The notes beneath the pieces are model-generated. The model did no database searches, was not told where the DNA came from, and saw nothing but the letters and a program-made list of their open reading frames with translations. Below are positions 1 to 11,399 of a stretch of DNA of 64,000 bases, piece by piece. This DNA comes from Myxococcales bacterium (GTDB lineage Bacteria; Myxococcota_A; UBA9042): positions 1 to 64,000 of the forward strand of contig JBBISH010000007.1 of NCBI GenBank assembly GCA_037441385.1, given 5' to 3'. The number at the start of each line of letters is the position of its first letter. Positions within the stretch are counted from its first letter, which is position 1. The position numbers were made by a program, and so were the translations under genes.

Positions 1-226
1 ACGCGTCCAAGCTGGGGTTGTCCGGCCAGGGCCACGCCGAGGCAGTCGCACCAGAAGTACCAGAAAGTGCCAGCTTTATCACGTACAGCACCGGGTACAA
101 GGTGATGATCGTCACCGGAACCAACAGGAAATGCGGCAGAAGCGCCCGCCATCCGGTCGGCGCCACGCTGCTCGAGCCATGTCCCCCAGACGCCTTACCC
201 AGGGGTGCTTTTGCGGCTCCTGCCAT
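1..226 (-). CDS. Sugar ABC transporter permease (MalG-like), 5' part only; runs off the window
   Basis: Manual translation from ATG at 226 gives MAGAAK...HFLLVPVTIITLYPVLYVIKLALS...WPDNPSLD, a typical MalG N-terminus, directly downstream of the MalF-like gene. Confidence 0.75.
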   Translation of the reverse strand, partial: MAGAAKAPLGKASGGHGSSSVAPTGWRALLPHFLLVPVTIITLYPVLYVIKLALSGTSGATASAWPWPDNPSLDA

Positions 227-250
227 TGCTTCACTTCCTTGAGGTGCTGC

Positions 251-1996
251 CTAAGACGAGACCGACTCGGTGGCGCGGGTCTTGCGGTTGGTGATCAGGG
301 TATACAGCAACAAAATCGCAAAGATCAGCACACTGTAGGCCGCCGCCAGGCCAGTGCGCCGCAGCACCGTAAACGTGTAGTACGCCTCGGTAATCAGGAT
401 GTCGGTCTTGTGGTCCGGCCCGCCGCCCGACACCAGGTAGATGACGTTGAAGGCGTTGAACGTCCAGATCGTGCCCAAGATGATGGCCGGGAACAAGGCC
501 GGCTTGAGCAGTGGCAGCGTAACGTGGCGGAACTTCTGCCAGGTGCTGGCGCCGTCGATGTCCGCGGCCTCGTAGAGCTCGCTAGGGATGGACTGCAGGG
601 CGCCCAGCGAGATCACCATCATGAACGGGAAGCCCAACCACACATTCGTGGCCAGGTTCGCACCAAAATTGGTCAGCGGGCTGTTGCCCAGCCAGTCGAT
701 CCGCTCTTGCCCCAGCGCCGCCAACATCGCGTTGATCGGGCCAAACTGGGTGTTGAACAGCCACTTCCACGTCAGCGCAGTGATGTAGCTGGGGCAAGAG
801 CGCGGCACGATGAGCAGCAGCCGGTAAAAGGCACGGAATTTCAGGTGCGGCCGGTTCAGCACAAGCGCCAGACCCAGGCCAAAACCCACGTGAAACGCGA
901 CGTTGATGGCCGTCCACAGGGTCGTCAGGCCCAGGGTGCGGAAGAAGTGCGTCGAGCTGTTCGGGTCCACCACCGAGGTGAGCACCTCGATGTAGTGGTC
1001 CACGCCGACAAAATGGCCCTCGCCGTCCACGAACGACAGACCGACGCCTACAGCAAACGGCACAAAAATCAGCAGTCCAGTCGCGAGGATCGCTGGCCCA
1101 ACGTAGAAATAAGGTACTGGATCCTTGCGCAATGCCGCGAACACACGAGCACTATCGTCCAGGAACCAGCCCAGAATGCCGCCCGCCAACAGCAGCAGCC
1201 CCAGCAGCCACGGCCCGGCATTGCCCCCCGCGGCCTCGACCGCCGCGTGCGCCACCAACCGCGAACCGCCCAGCACGGTCACTCCGGCCGGCGCGGCACT
1301 CGGCAAGGCCGGCGCCAGCAGCCAACCGGCCAAGATCACAACGCAAAGACTCACGGCGTCTGAGATTCGCGCCGGCAGCGGCAGCCTGCGCGCCCCCAGC
1401 GCCAGCCCCATCGCCAGCAGCGCCAACACCGCGGCAATCCAAGCCGGCGTCGCCTCGTCGGCCGTCGCGCGCAACACGACGCCAGCCACTGCGCTCACAT
1501 CCTGACCCGCGTCGTTCTTGACCGGCACCGCCACCAGCAGGCGCCCGTCTGGCATCTGGCCAAAAAGGTGTTGAACTGCCAGTGGTTGCTTGGTCTGCAG
1601 CGCCTTGTGGCCGTCGGTCGAGACGCGCTTGCTGTGGTCGAGCAGCCGCGCCGCATCGGCCGCGGGCGGCTTGGCGTGCACCACTTCGCTGCCGCGCGAG
1701 ATGCCGAATTCGTCCACGCCGCCTTCGCGAACACCAAAAGCGTATTCGATGTCCTGGTGTTCGCGCTCAATCGCCTCGAAACGCTTTGCGCTCTTGCCGC
1801 TATCTGTCTCTGCCAGCGCCGAAACCACGGCATCGGCCACCGCCAGGGCCGCCACCCGCCGCGCCGTGGTCTGCTGTTGACTGCGCAAGGCCCCTTGGCC
1901 ATAGACCAGCGCCAGCCCCAGCAGCGCGCACAGCACTCCGGCGGCCAAGATGCGTGACCAGGTCGGCGGCGGCGCGAGCGGAACTTTGGGCGGCAT
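251..1996 (-). CDS. Sugar ABC transporter permease (MalF-like) with extended N-terminal domain
   Basis: EAA loop (ELYEAADIDGAS), NVWLGFPFMM, multiple TM segments. Confidence 0.9.
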   Translation of the reverse strand: MPPKVPLAPPPTWSRILAAGVLCALLGLALVYGQGALRSQQQTTARRVAALAVADAVVSALAETDSGKSAKRFEAIEREHQDIEYAFGVREGGVDEFGISRGSEVVHAKPPAADAARLLDHSKRVSTDGHKALQTKQPLAVQHLFGQMPDGRLLVAVPVKNDAGQDVSAVAGVVLRATADEATPAWIAAVLALLAMGLALGARRLPLPARISDAVSLCVVILAGWLLAPALPSAAPAGVTVLGGSRLVAHAAVEAAGGNAGPWLLGLLLLAGGILGWFLDDSARVFAALRKDPVPYFYVGPAILATGLLIFVPFAVGVGLSFVDGEGHFVGVDHYIEVLTSVVDPNSSTHFFRTLGLTTLWTAINVAFHVGFGLGLALVLNRPHLKFRAFYRLLLIVPRSCPSYITALTWKWLFNTQFGPINAMLAALGQERIDWLGNSPLTNFGANLATNVWLGFPFMMVISLGALQSIPSELYEAADIDGASTWQKFRHVTLPLLKPALFPAIILGTIWTFNAFNVIYLVSGGGPDHKTDILITEAYYTFTVLRRTGLAAAYSVLIFAILLLYTLITNRKTRATESVSS

Positions 1997-2011
1997 GATC
2001 AGTCCTTTAGG

Positions 2012-3364
2012 CTACTTTTTCATCTTGCTGATATCGTCGGTGGCGCGCTTCTGGGCCTCGGCCAGCGCCTCCTCGGACTTGCTGTCGCCGTAGATCGCCT
2101 TCTGCAGCGCGGCGTTGTAGGGCGTCCACACCGCCGACATCTCGGCCGAGCTGGGCATCGGCACCGCCGTCTCGGCCTGGGCGCGGAACACCTTGACCAC
2201 GGGGTCGTCGCCCCACTTGGGCATCTCGTAAGTCTTGATGTTGGCGACCATCTGCTTGCCCACCTCGATGCGGGTCAGGGCCGCCTCGTCGCTGGTGAGG
2301 TAGTCCATCACGCGCAAAGCTGCGTCTTTGTTCTGGGTCTTGGCCGAGATCAGCGCCGCCTCCGAGCCCAGGAACGGCCGCAGCGGCTTGCCCGGCTCCA
2401 GCTCGGGCAGCACAGCGACGCCCCATTCAACGCCCTTCTCGATTTCGCCCATGAACCACGGGCCTTGCAGCACAAACGGCACCTTGCCATCGTTGAACAT
2501 ACTGGTGATGACAAAGCCCGAGACAGTGCCCTGCGGCAGGATCTTGGCGTCCTTGTACAGCCCGCGCACGGTGTCGATCGCCTTCTTGGCCTCGGGCGAG
2601 TCGATCTTCAGCGCGCCGGTCTCGTCGAACACCGCGCCGCCCGCGCCCAGCAAGAAAGGCCCGTGGAAGTACAGATTCGCCGCCTCGTAGGCCAGGCCAA
2701 AGCTCTCTGCGTCCGGCTTGGTAAAGCCCTTGGCCACTTCGATGAGCTGGGTCAGGCTGGTGGGCGGCGTGGGCACCATCTTCTTGTTGTAGAACAAGAC
2801 CAGCGACTTGTACGCCAGCGGCAGACCGTACAGGTTCTTCTCGAACACCAACGGCTTGACCGTCTGCGGCATGAACCGCTTCAGGCGGTCCGGCGTGGCG
2901 AACTCGCCCAGCGGCTGGATCAGGCCGTCGCGCGCCCACACGCCAATCTTGTCGTGGGCAAAAATCATGATGTCCGGCCCATTTCCGTTGGGGACCGCAA
3001 CCTGGAACTTGTCGATGATGGCATCAGGTGGCACTGCCAGCGCCTGAATTTGCGTATTCTTGTGCTTGCCATTCCAGTGTTCGATCAGCCGGTCCAGGGC
3101 GGCGCGCTCGGCATCGCGGTAGGCGTGCCACACAGTCACGGTCTTGGCCGGGCCCGGATCGTCGTCGGCAGCGGCAGTGGGCGAGGCGGCAGCGGCGGGG
3201 GCGGCGGCCTTGTCAGCCTCGGGATTGCCTTTGGGCTGTTCGGCGGGCGCAGCAGCCTTGGCCTCGGGCGCGGGGGCTTCGGCCTTCTTGCAGCCCGAAG
3301 CGCCTAGCGCCAAAAAGCATGTAGCAGCTGCTGTTACCAAGTGAATCGTAAGGTTCTTCCGCAT
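2012..3364 (-). CDS. Sugar ABC transporter substrate-binding lipoprotein (MalE-like)
   Basis: Lipobox ASGC; GPDIMIFAHD, LYGLPL, LFYNK and PMPSSAEMSAVW motifs of the maltodextrin-binding family. Confidence 0.9.
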   Translation of the reverse strand: MRKNLTIHLVTAAATCFLALGASGCKKAEAPAPEAKAAAPAEQPKGNPEADKAAAPAAAASPTAAADDDPGPAKTVTVWHAYRDAERAALDRLIEHWNGKHKNTQIQALAVPPDAIIDKFQVAVPNGNGPDIMIFAHDKIGVWARDGLIQPLGEFATPDRLKRFMPQTVKPLVFEKNLYGLPLAYKSLVLFYNKKMVPTPPTSLTQLIEVAKGFTKPDAESFGLAYEAANLYFHGPFLLGAGGAVFDETGALKIDSPEAKKAIDTVRGLYKDAKILPQGTVSGFVITSMFNDGKVPFVLQGPWFMGEIEKGVEWGVAVLPELEPGKPLRPFLGSEAALISAKTQNKDAALRVMDYLTSDEAALTRIEVGKQMVANIKTYEMPKWGDDPVVKVFRAQAETAVPMPSSAEMSAVWTPYNAALQKAIYGDSKSEEALAEAQKRATDDISKMKK

Positions 3365-3383
3365 CCTGTCACCATCAACCAAG

Positions 3384-4526
<1,143 letters not shown>

Positions 4527-4637
4527 GCTGACCTCACGGGTGCGCACCTGCGTCGCGCGGGCGGATGCTACTACAGCGCAAGGGACTTTGGCCACCGGCA
4601 GCCACCGCGCGCGTCACAGGGTTGCATCACCGGCCGG

Positions 4638-5429
4638 CTACTCGTCTTCCAGATCGAACTGCCACTCCTGCTCGACCCGCACCGCCACCGGCCGCCCCGC
4701 TCGCAGCGCGGGCTTGAACCGCCACTGGGGCACGGTCTGCCGAACCGGCTCGCTCAGACGCGGGTCGCCGCGCACGGTGCGGATCTGCAGGTCGCGCACG
4801 CGGCCGTCGGCCCCCACCACGTAACGCAGTACCAGCACAGCAGTTTGCCCGCTGCGACGCGCCCAGTCGGGGTACTGCGGCCACGGCTGCGCCACGGGCA
4901 CCGGTAGCTCGTCGACCTGCCCGGCCCCATAGACTACGCCAGCGCCGGTGCCCGGACCGGAGCCGGGCCCGGAGCCCGAATCCGAACCCGAGCCGGGACC
5001 GGAGCCCGAACCTGATCCTGGTCCTGATCCTGGTCCTGATCCTGAGCCTGCATCGGGGTTTGCTCCCCGTTCCACTTCCACATTCCCCGACTTGTCCGCC
5101 GCGGGCGCTGCCGCTGCCTCGGGTTCCGCAGAGCGCGTCGGCGCCGGGGCCCGTTTGACACGCACAAGTGTTTCTTGGGGCGGTTTGGGCGGTTGCGCGG
5201 GTTGGAGTTGCGCTGGCAGTGGCTCGACGGGCGGCGGCTCGGCCGGCGGGACGACCCGCTTGGCAGGCAGGACGACCGGCAACGACACCGCCCGCGCTGT
5301 GGCAGGCTCCCGGGGCGGCGCCACCCACGGCGCCATCACCGGCAGACCAGAGAGCCATGCGAGGAAAAGCGCCGCGAGGGCCACTGCCGAAGCCCAGCCT
5401 ATCGCCAAATTGCGATCGAGCTGCGGCAC
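4638..5429 (-). CDS. tonB: TonB family energy transducer
   Basis: N-terminal TM, Pro-rich and GSGPGS linker, C-terminal YP..ARR..G.V...WRFKPA..GRPV motif; GTG start inferred just after the amidase stop. Confidence 0.85.
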   Translation of the reverse strand: MPQLDRNLAIGWASAVALAALFLAWLSGLPVMAPWVAPPREPATARAVSLPVVLPAKRVVPPAEPPPVEPLPAQLQPAQPPKPPQETLVRVKRAPAPTRSAEPEAAAAPAADKSGNVEVERGANPDAGSGSGPGSGPGSGSGSGPGSGSDSGSGPGSGPGTGAGVVYGAGQVDELPVPVAQPWPQYPDWARRSGQTAVLVLRYVVGADGRVRDLQIRTVRGDPRLSEPVRQTVPQWRFKPALRAGRPVAVRVEQEWQFDLEDE

Positions 5430-5440
5430 CGCCTTGATCC

Positions 5441-7216
5441 CTATGCGCGGGCGCGCCGGCGCCAGAAGGCGACGGTCACCACGACCAGGCCCGCGGCCAA
5501 GGACCAGGGCGAGCCGCTGCCGCTGCTGCTGCAGCCCGATGGGGGCGAGCCATTGGACACCTGGCCCGCGCCGCGGGTGTCGCTGCGGCCGTCGGACGTG
5601 ATGGCGTCGCCGGCACTTGCGTCGTCGCCGCCGCTGCTCACGTCGCTGCCTGCCGGGGTGCATTTGCCGTTCTGGCAGGGGCGATCCGGCGGGCATGTCT
5701 CGACCGCGGGCGCGCCGCCGCACGGATCAAGGGTCACCACGTTGCCATCCTGGCAGACCTTGCCGCCCGCCTGAACGCCGCCGGTGTGCTGGCACGCGCC
5801 ATCGACGCAGCTGTCGGTCGTACAAGCCATGCCGTCGTCGCAGTCCATCAGCGAGCCCGAGAGGCACAGGCCGCCCGCGCAGTAGTCGCCCACGCTGCAA
5901 GGGTCCCCGTCGTCGCACGTGCCCGTGATCGGCGTGTTCTGGCAGCCGCCCTTGCACGAGTCCAGGGTGCACGGGTTGCCGTCGTCGCAGAACTTTGCTG
6001 AACCGTTGCACTTCCCAGTAGTGCACATGTCGCCGACCGTGCAGGCGTCGCCATCGTCGCAGGGTCCGTTGGTGGCGATCGAGCTGCACACACCGCCGGC
6101 ACAGGTCTCTTTGGTGCAGGGATTGCCATCGTCGCAGTTCTTGGGCTGGCCCGCCTGGCAGACGCCGGCCACGCACTGGTCGCCCACGGTGCACGGATTG
6201 CCGTCGTCGCAAGGCGCCGGGCTGCCGCCCACGCACGATCCGCCGCTGCACTTGTCGCCGGCGGTGCAGGGGTCGCCGTCGTCGCAGGCTGCGCTGTTGC
6301 CGGTGTGGGTGCAGTTGCCGGCGGTGCAGCCGTCGTCGGTGCAAGCGTTGTTATCGTTGCAATCCTTGACGATCTTGCCGCCCACGCAGGCGCCGTTCTG
6401 GCACTTTTCGCCGGCGGTGCAAGCGTCGCCGTCCCAGCAGACCGCGCCGGTGTTGGGGGTGTGGGCACACACGCCGTTGTTGCACGCGTCGTCGGTGCAG
6501 GCCTTGCCGTCGTCGCAGCCGCCGGGGCAAGTGGGCACGGTGCCGCCGCCCATGCAGGCCTGGACCTTGGCCAGGTAGTCCGCATACGGCCAGTACTTGC
6601 CGGGATCGGTATGGGTCTGGTTGGGCAGCTGGACATGGCCCTTGATCGAGTCGTTGCTGGCGGGCAGTTGCCACTTCTTGAGCAGGTAGCAGGTCAGTTG
6701 GGTGCTGGCCTCGATCATCTGCGGCGTGACCCAGGCCGGGTCGTCCACATAGCCCTCGTGCTCGATGCCGATCGTGTACGGGTTCGCCGAGCCGACGTGC
6801 CAGCCCTTGTCGTGTTCCTTGACCATTTGCGTCACGGCACCCGTCTTGCTGATCACGTAGTGCGCCGAGACCTGGGCCTCTGGCTTCTGGAACCAGCTGA
6901 TGCAGCCGTTGTAGCTGCCCTGCACCGTGTGCATCACCACCACGGTGATGTCGCCAATCTGGCGGTTCATCGGCGTGTAATTGGGGCTCGCGACCCACTG
7001 CGCCGGTCCGTACTCCGCAGCGCCCAACGCGCCTTTGACCTCGTCGCACTTTTCGCAATAGGTCGACCCGTAGGCTGGCTGATTCCACGGGGCGCGCGGA
7101 TCGCTCGCACAGCCGCCCAACCCCGTCAGCGCCAAACCCAACGCAATGAACAGGATCTGCCCGCTCGAAGGCGCGACCAGCCGGGGGGCAGATGGGGCGA
7201 AACAGAACGAAGTCAT
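5441..7216 (-). CDS. N-acetylmuramoyl-L-alanine amidase (Amidase_2) with Cys-rich repeat stalk and MYXO-CTERM-like tail
   Basis: VVMHT, SAHYVI, WHVG, IGIEHEG, GH...HTDPG motifs; about 10 CDDGNPCT-type repeats; C-terminal GCSS...hydrophobic...RRRARA. Confidence 0.88.
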   Translation of the reverse strand: MTSFCFAPSAPRLVAPSSGQILFIALGLALTGLGGCASDPRAPWNQPAYGSTYCEKCDEVKGALGAAEYGPAQWVASPNYTPMNRQIGDITVVVMHTVQGSYNGCISWFQKPEAQVSAHYVISKTGAVTQMVKEHDKGWHVGSANPYTIGIEHEGYVDDPAWVTPQMIEASTQLTCYLLKKWQLPASNDSIKGHVQLPNQTHTDPGKYWPYADYLAKVQACMGGGTVPTCPGGCDDGKACTDDACNNGVCAHTPNTGAVCWDGDACTAGEKCQNGACVGGKIVKDCNDNNACTDDGCTAGNCTHTGNSAACDDGDPCTAGDKCSGGSCVGGSPAPCDDGNPCTVGDQCVAGVCQAGQPKNCDDGNPCTKETCAGGVCSSIATNGPCDDGDACTVGDMCTTGKCNGSAKFCDDGNPCTLDSCKGGCQNTPITGTCDDGDPCSVGDYCAGGLCLSGSLMDCDDGMACTTDSCVDGACQHTGGVQAGGKVCQDGNVVTLDPCGGAPAVETCPPDRPCQNGKCTPAGSDVSSGGDDASAGDAITSDGRSDTRGAGQVSNGSPPSGCSSSGSGSPWSLAAGLVVVTVAFWRRRARA

Positions 7217-7323
7217 GGAGGTCTCCGCGGCGAAACGCGACCGGCGGGCAGTATAGCGCCCGGCTTCAAGGCGCGCTACGCTCAAACGTACCGGGCCCTG
7301 TTGGCCGCGGCGAGGAAGCCCCG

Positions 7324-8919
7324 ATGAGCAGGCTCAACTGGCGCATCGCATCCCTTGTTCTGTCCACGTCGGTCCTGGCCGTCGTCCTCCCCGCCTGCGG
7401 CAGCGACCCAAGCCCCGCCGCCACCAGCGACGCCAAGATCGACAGCGCCAGCGGGGATTTGGCCGGCGACGCCAGCACGACCACCGTAGGCGTGGCTTTC
7501 CCCAAGGGATTCTTGTGGGGCGCCGCCACCGCCGGCTTCCAGGTCGACATGGGCTGCCCCACCCTGCCCGCCAGCAAGTGCGACGACCCCCACTCGGACT
7601 GGTACCAGTGGGTAATGGACCCGGATCTGCAGAAGGATCCGGCCACCCACATCGTAGGCGATCCAGTCGGCAAGGGCCCCGGCTTTTGGGAGCTGTGGCC
7701 CAAGTACCTGGACGCCGGCAAGAACGATCTGCACCTGAACGCGTTTCGCTACTCGCTGGAGTGGAGCCGCCTGTTCCCGGATGGCGCGGTCGAGAAGGCC
7801 AAAACCGTAGAAGAGATGGACGCTTTTGCCAACAAGGAGGCGGTGGCCGCCTACCACGCCATCTTCAAGGGCGCGCGCGACCGCAACATGCAGTTGCTGG
7901 TGACCCTGAACCACCAATCGCTGCCCTTGTGGATCCACGACGGCAAGGCCTGCCACCAGGATCTGGCCACCTGCAAGAACCGCGGCTGGGTCGACAAGGA
8001 CCGCATGCTGAACGCGATCGCCATGTTCTCGGGCTGGTGCGCCAAAGAATTCGGCGGCGAGGTCGACTTGTGGGGCACCATCAACGAGCCGTTTGCCATC
8101 GTGGTGCCCGGCTACATCTTGCCCACCAAAGATCGCAGCAATCCCCCTGGGTTGACGATGAAGATCGACACCGCCTTTGACGTCGCGTTTGCTCTGATGG
8201 AAGGGCACGCGCGGATGTACGATGCGGTCCACAAGTACGACAAGGTCGACGCGGACAACGACGGCAAGGCCGCCAAGGTGGGCATCGTGAGCAATCTGGC
8301 GGCGGTCAAGCCGCAAGACCCCAATGATCCCAAGCATGTCAAAGCTGCCGAGCACGGCCACTACGTCTACAACCAGATGTTCTTGGACGCGACCATCAAG
8401 GGCCAAGTCGATCGCAACGTCGACGGCGCGATCGACGCGACCGAGACCCGCGACGACATGAAGGGCCGTATGGACTTCATCGGCATCAACTACTACACCC
8501 GGCTGAAGGTCACGCCGCAGCCAGTGGCGCTGGCGCCCAAGTACCCGCTGTTCGACTTCCTGCCCAATACCAACCCCTTTGATACGTATCCAGAGGGCCT
8601 CTACGAGGTCGTCAAATTCGCCGCCGGCTACGGATTACCGATCATCATTACCGAGAACGGTGCCGGCGACCCCAAGGGCGAGGTCTGGGAGAAATTCCTG
8701 AAGCCGCACCTGCTGGCCCTGCACAAGGCCATCGCCGAGGGAGCCAAGGTCGAGGGCTACTTCTACTGGACTCTGATGGACAATTACGAGTGGAACCACG
8801 GTATGTCGGACGTGCACATGGGCCTGTATGACCTGGACACGGCGACCAAGGCCTTCACGTTGGCGCCGCCGGGCCAGGCCTACGGCAAGGTGGCCAAAAA
8901 CAACGGCTTTGACCCCTGA
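7324..8919 (+). CDS. Glycoside hydrolase family 1 lipoprotein (beta-glycosidase)
   Basis: FPKGFLWGAATAGFQ, acid/base TINEP, nucleophile ITENG, DNYEW; lipobox LPAC. Confidence 0.92.
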   Translation: MSRLNWRIASLVLSTSVLAVVLPACGSDPSPAATSDAKIDSASGDLAGDASTTTVGVAFPKGFLWGAATAGFQVDMGCPTLPASKCDDPHSDWYQWVMDPDLQKDPATHIVGDPVGKGPGFWELWPKYLDAGKNDLHLNAFRYSLEWSRLFPDGAVEKAKTVEEMDAFANKEAVAAYHAIFKGARDRNMQLLVTLNHQSLPLWIHDGKACHQDLATCKNRGWVDKDRMLNAIAMFSGWCAKEFGGEVDLWGTINEPFAIVVPGYILPTKDRSNPPGLTMKIDTAFDVAFALMEGHARMYDAVHKYDKVDADNDGKAAKVGIVSNLAAVKPQDPNDPKHVKAAEHGHYVYNQMFLDATIKGQVDRNVDGAIDATETRDDMKGRMDFIGINYYTRLKVTPQPVALAPKYPLFDFLPNTNPFDTYPEGLYEVVKFAAGYGLPIIITENGAGDPKGEVWEKFLKPHLLALHKAIAEGAKVEGYFYWTLMDNYEWNHGMSDVHMGLYDLDTATKAFTLAPPGQAYGKVAKNNGFDP

Positions 8920-9035
8920 CGAGTGCGCGATCCCGGCGCAGTGGGCGTTTCGCATTGACGCCGAGCGCCACACTCGCTAGCTTCAAGTGTTTTCGCCGCT
9001 TGGCGCTGGCATCCAGGCGCGGCACGGAGTCCTTC

Positions 9036-11396
9036 ATGTTGCCCCGCCCCCTTTCTGCCGGTGCCCGCACTGGCCTGTCTTTGGTTTTCCTTGCGCTTGC
9101 GGCCGTTGGCTGCTCGTCCACCAACACCGGCGGCGGCACGAACTCGGGCGGTCAGTCCATCGCGGACTATGCCTGCCTTAGCGGAAGTGCGCAGATCGAC
9201 TGCAAGGCCACACCCGAAATCGTCAACACCGCTTCGGGCAAGAAGGTGGGCAACGGCCAGACCGACACCTTGGCGGTGGGATCCGTGCCCAAGGGCAAGA
9301 CGCTGGGCTTTACGTACCGGCTGAGCAACGTCGCCAGCGCTGTGTCGGCCGCCGGCTTGGTCATCGACGACATCAAGCTGGAGTACACCGCAGCGGGCGG
9401 CGACGAGACCGCAGAAGACCCGTCGTTTCGCTGTCTTGCGGCCGACGGCACCGCATGCGCCGCCAAGACCGGCCAGTGGAAGAAGCTGGTGCCCGCGGGC
9501 GTGACGCCCGGCGCCGGTCAGGGGATGACCGAACAGTTTACGATTCTTTTCAAGCGCTTTGACGACAAGGAGCGCAGCGCCAAGGTGACGCTGCAACTGC
9601 GCGGTGTCGCCAGCAACTTGGCGAGCTACTCCTTTACCGTCAAGACGAAACTGGGCTCGCCGTCTGCGAAATTTCAGTCCACGAACCAGTCTGACCCCAA
9701 CAACGGCGTCACCATGCCGGCCGTGCAACCGGGCCAGACCGAGCCCCGGACCATCAAGCTGCTGAACACCGGCGAGGCCGACCTGAGCGTGACCGGTTTT
9801 GACCTGACCACCTTGGACAAGACCTTCACCTTCAAGTTGGTGAATCCGGCCGACTTGGACGTGGGCGCTCACGCAGGCGGCGAAATCTGGACGCTGCCCA
9901 GTGTGCTGACCGTGCCCTCGCAGGGCTCGGCAACGCTAGAGATGACCTTCATGCCGACCGACGACAAGCCGCGCAAGGGCCTGGTTTCTATCAAGACGAC
10001 CAGCAATGACCCCAACGCGGCCGATTTGCTGGTCCAGGCCAACAGCCAAATGCCCTGCATCCTGGTCACGCCAGGCGAATACAATTTTGGTGGCGCGGTA
10101 CCGGGTTACGAGCCGGGCGAGCTGAAAGCGGTGATCAGCAACTGCGGCGCCATCCAGCTGGAGCTGACGAGCATCGCCTTCAACGCCGCGCTGGGCAATA
10201 GCAGCGAATTTGGGATCGACGTCAGCGACTTGGCCAAGACAGGCAAGCTCGCGGCGGACGCGCCGGTGTCGCCGACCAACACGCTGAAGATTCCGGTGGG
10301 CGGCAACGCCCAGGTCCGCATCACCTACACGCCGGCCGAAGTCACGCCCGACAACGCCGATCCGGACAAGGCCGTCATCGAATTCAAGAGCAATGCCTAC
10401 GTGGTACCGCAGCTGGTGGTCAAGGGCACGGGCATCAAGGTCACCTGCCCGCTCCCCAAGATCAACGTGGTCGAGGGCGAAGAAGTGGTGCCGCAAACGC
10501 TCTTGCACCTGAGCGGCCTGAAGTCGATCGCGCCCGGCGGCGGCTCGATCGCCAAGTACCAGTGGACGGTGAAGCAGCCGATCGGCTCGGCGCAGCCGCT
10601 GAACCCGAACGCGACGGTGGCGACGCCCACCCTGCAGGCGAACACGGCGGGCGAGTACGAATTCTGCCTGGACGTGTGGGACAACATGGGGACCAAGAGC
10701 TGCACGCCGACCTGCACCAAGGTGCTGGTGGTGCCGAACAACGCGATCCACGTGGAATTGCTCTGGGATACCCCGGCCGACTCGGACCAGACCGACACGG
10801 GCCCGGCGGCGGGCGCGGACCTGGACCTGCACTTTGCCCACCCGCTGGCCAGTGAGCAGGACCTGGACTGCGACACCACGCCCGACCCATGGTTCAACAA
10901 CCCCTGGGATACGTTCTGGTTCAACAACAAACCGCCGTGGGGCAGTTCGTCCAGCAGCGACGACGACCCGGGCCTGGACCTGGACGACACGGACGGCGCC
11001 GGCCCGGAAAACTTGAACTTGGCCAAGCCAGAGGGCACGGTCGACGATCCGCAATACTATTCGGTGGGTGTGCACTACTGGAACGATCACGGCTTTGGCC
11101 CGTCGTTCGCGACGGTCGCCATCTACGTGCAGGGTACCCAGGTACTGCAATTCACCAAGATCAAGTTGAACCCGTTGGATATGTGGTATGTGGGCAAGCT
11201 GTGGTGGCCCAATCTGGTCAGCGGCGGCAACAAGAAGGTCTTCGAGGCGTGCTACCAGTCGGGTCAGTCATGCGCCGCCAAGCAAAACCTGATGTGGCAG
11301 CCCAAGGGCGATTGGTGCATCACGCCGTGCTACGTGAACAAGGCCTTTGTGGGCACGGTAGGCAACGGCGCGCAGACGTCGTCTTGCAAGCCGTAG
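9036..11396 (+). CDS. Large surface lipoprotein with Ig-like (choice-of-anchor D/PKD-like) domains and an acidic C-terminal domain
   Basis: Lipobox AVGC; repeated LxNxGxxxLxxT beta-strand motifs; IAKYQWTV; HVELLWDT...DLDLH...DLDDTDGAGPEN. Confidence 0.7.
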   Translation: MLPRPLSAGARTGLSLVFLALAAVGCSSTNTGGGTNSGGQSIADYACLSGSAQIDCKATPEIVNTASGKKVGNGQTDTLAVGSVPKGKTLGFTYRLSNVASAVSAAGLVIDDIKLEYTAAGGDETAEDPSFRCLAADGTACAAKTGQWKKLVPAGVTPGAGQGMTEQFTILFKRFDDKERSAKVTLQLRGVASNLASYSFTVKTKLGSPSAKFQSTNQSDPNNGVTMPAVQPGQTEPRTIKLLNTGEADLSVTGFDLTTLDKTFTFKLVNPADLDVGAHAGGEIWTLPSVLTVPSQGSATLEMTFMPTDDKPRKGLVSIKTTSNDPNAADLLVQANSQMPCILVTPGEYNFGGAVPGYEPGELKAVISNCGAIQLELTSIAFNAALGNSSEFGIDVSDLAKTGKLAADAPVSPTNTLKIPVGGNAQVRITYTPAEVTPDNADPDKAVIEFKSNAYVVPQLVVKGTGIKVTCPLPKINVVEGEEVVPQTLLHLSGLKSIAPGGGSIAKYQWTVKQPIGSAQPLNPNATVATPTLQANTAGEYEFCLDVWDNMGTKSCTPTCTKVLVVPNNAIHVELLWDTPADSDQTDTGPAAGADLDLHFAHPLASEQDLDCDTTPDPWFNNPWDTFWFNNKPPWGSSSSSDDDPGLDLDDTDGAGPENLNLAKPEGTVDDPQYYSVGVHYWNDHGFGPSFATVAIYVQGTQVLQFTKIKLNPLDMWYVGKLWWPNLVSGGNKKVFEACYQSGQSCAAKQNLMWQPKGDWCITPCYVNKAFVGTVGNGAQTSSCKP

Positions 11397-11399
11397 AGC

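Noticed and set aside
4945..5050. 12-bp tandem repeat as a separate element
   Set aside because: Encodes the GSGP linker of TonB
4638..5723. 361-aa TonB with an Arg-rich N-terminus
   Set aside because: The extension overlaps the amidase 3' end in another frame; GTG at 5429 is the more plausible start
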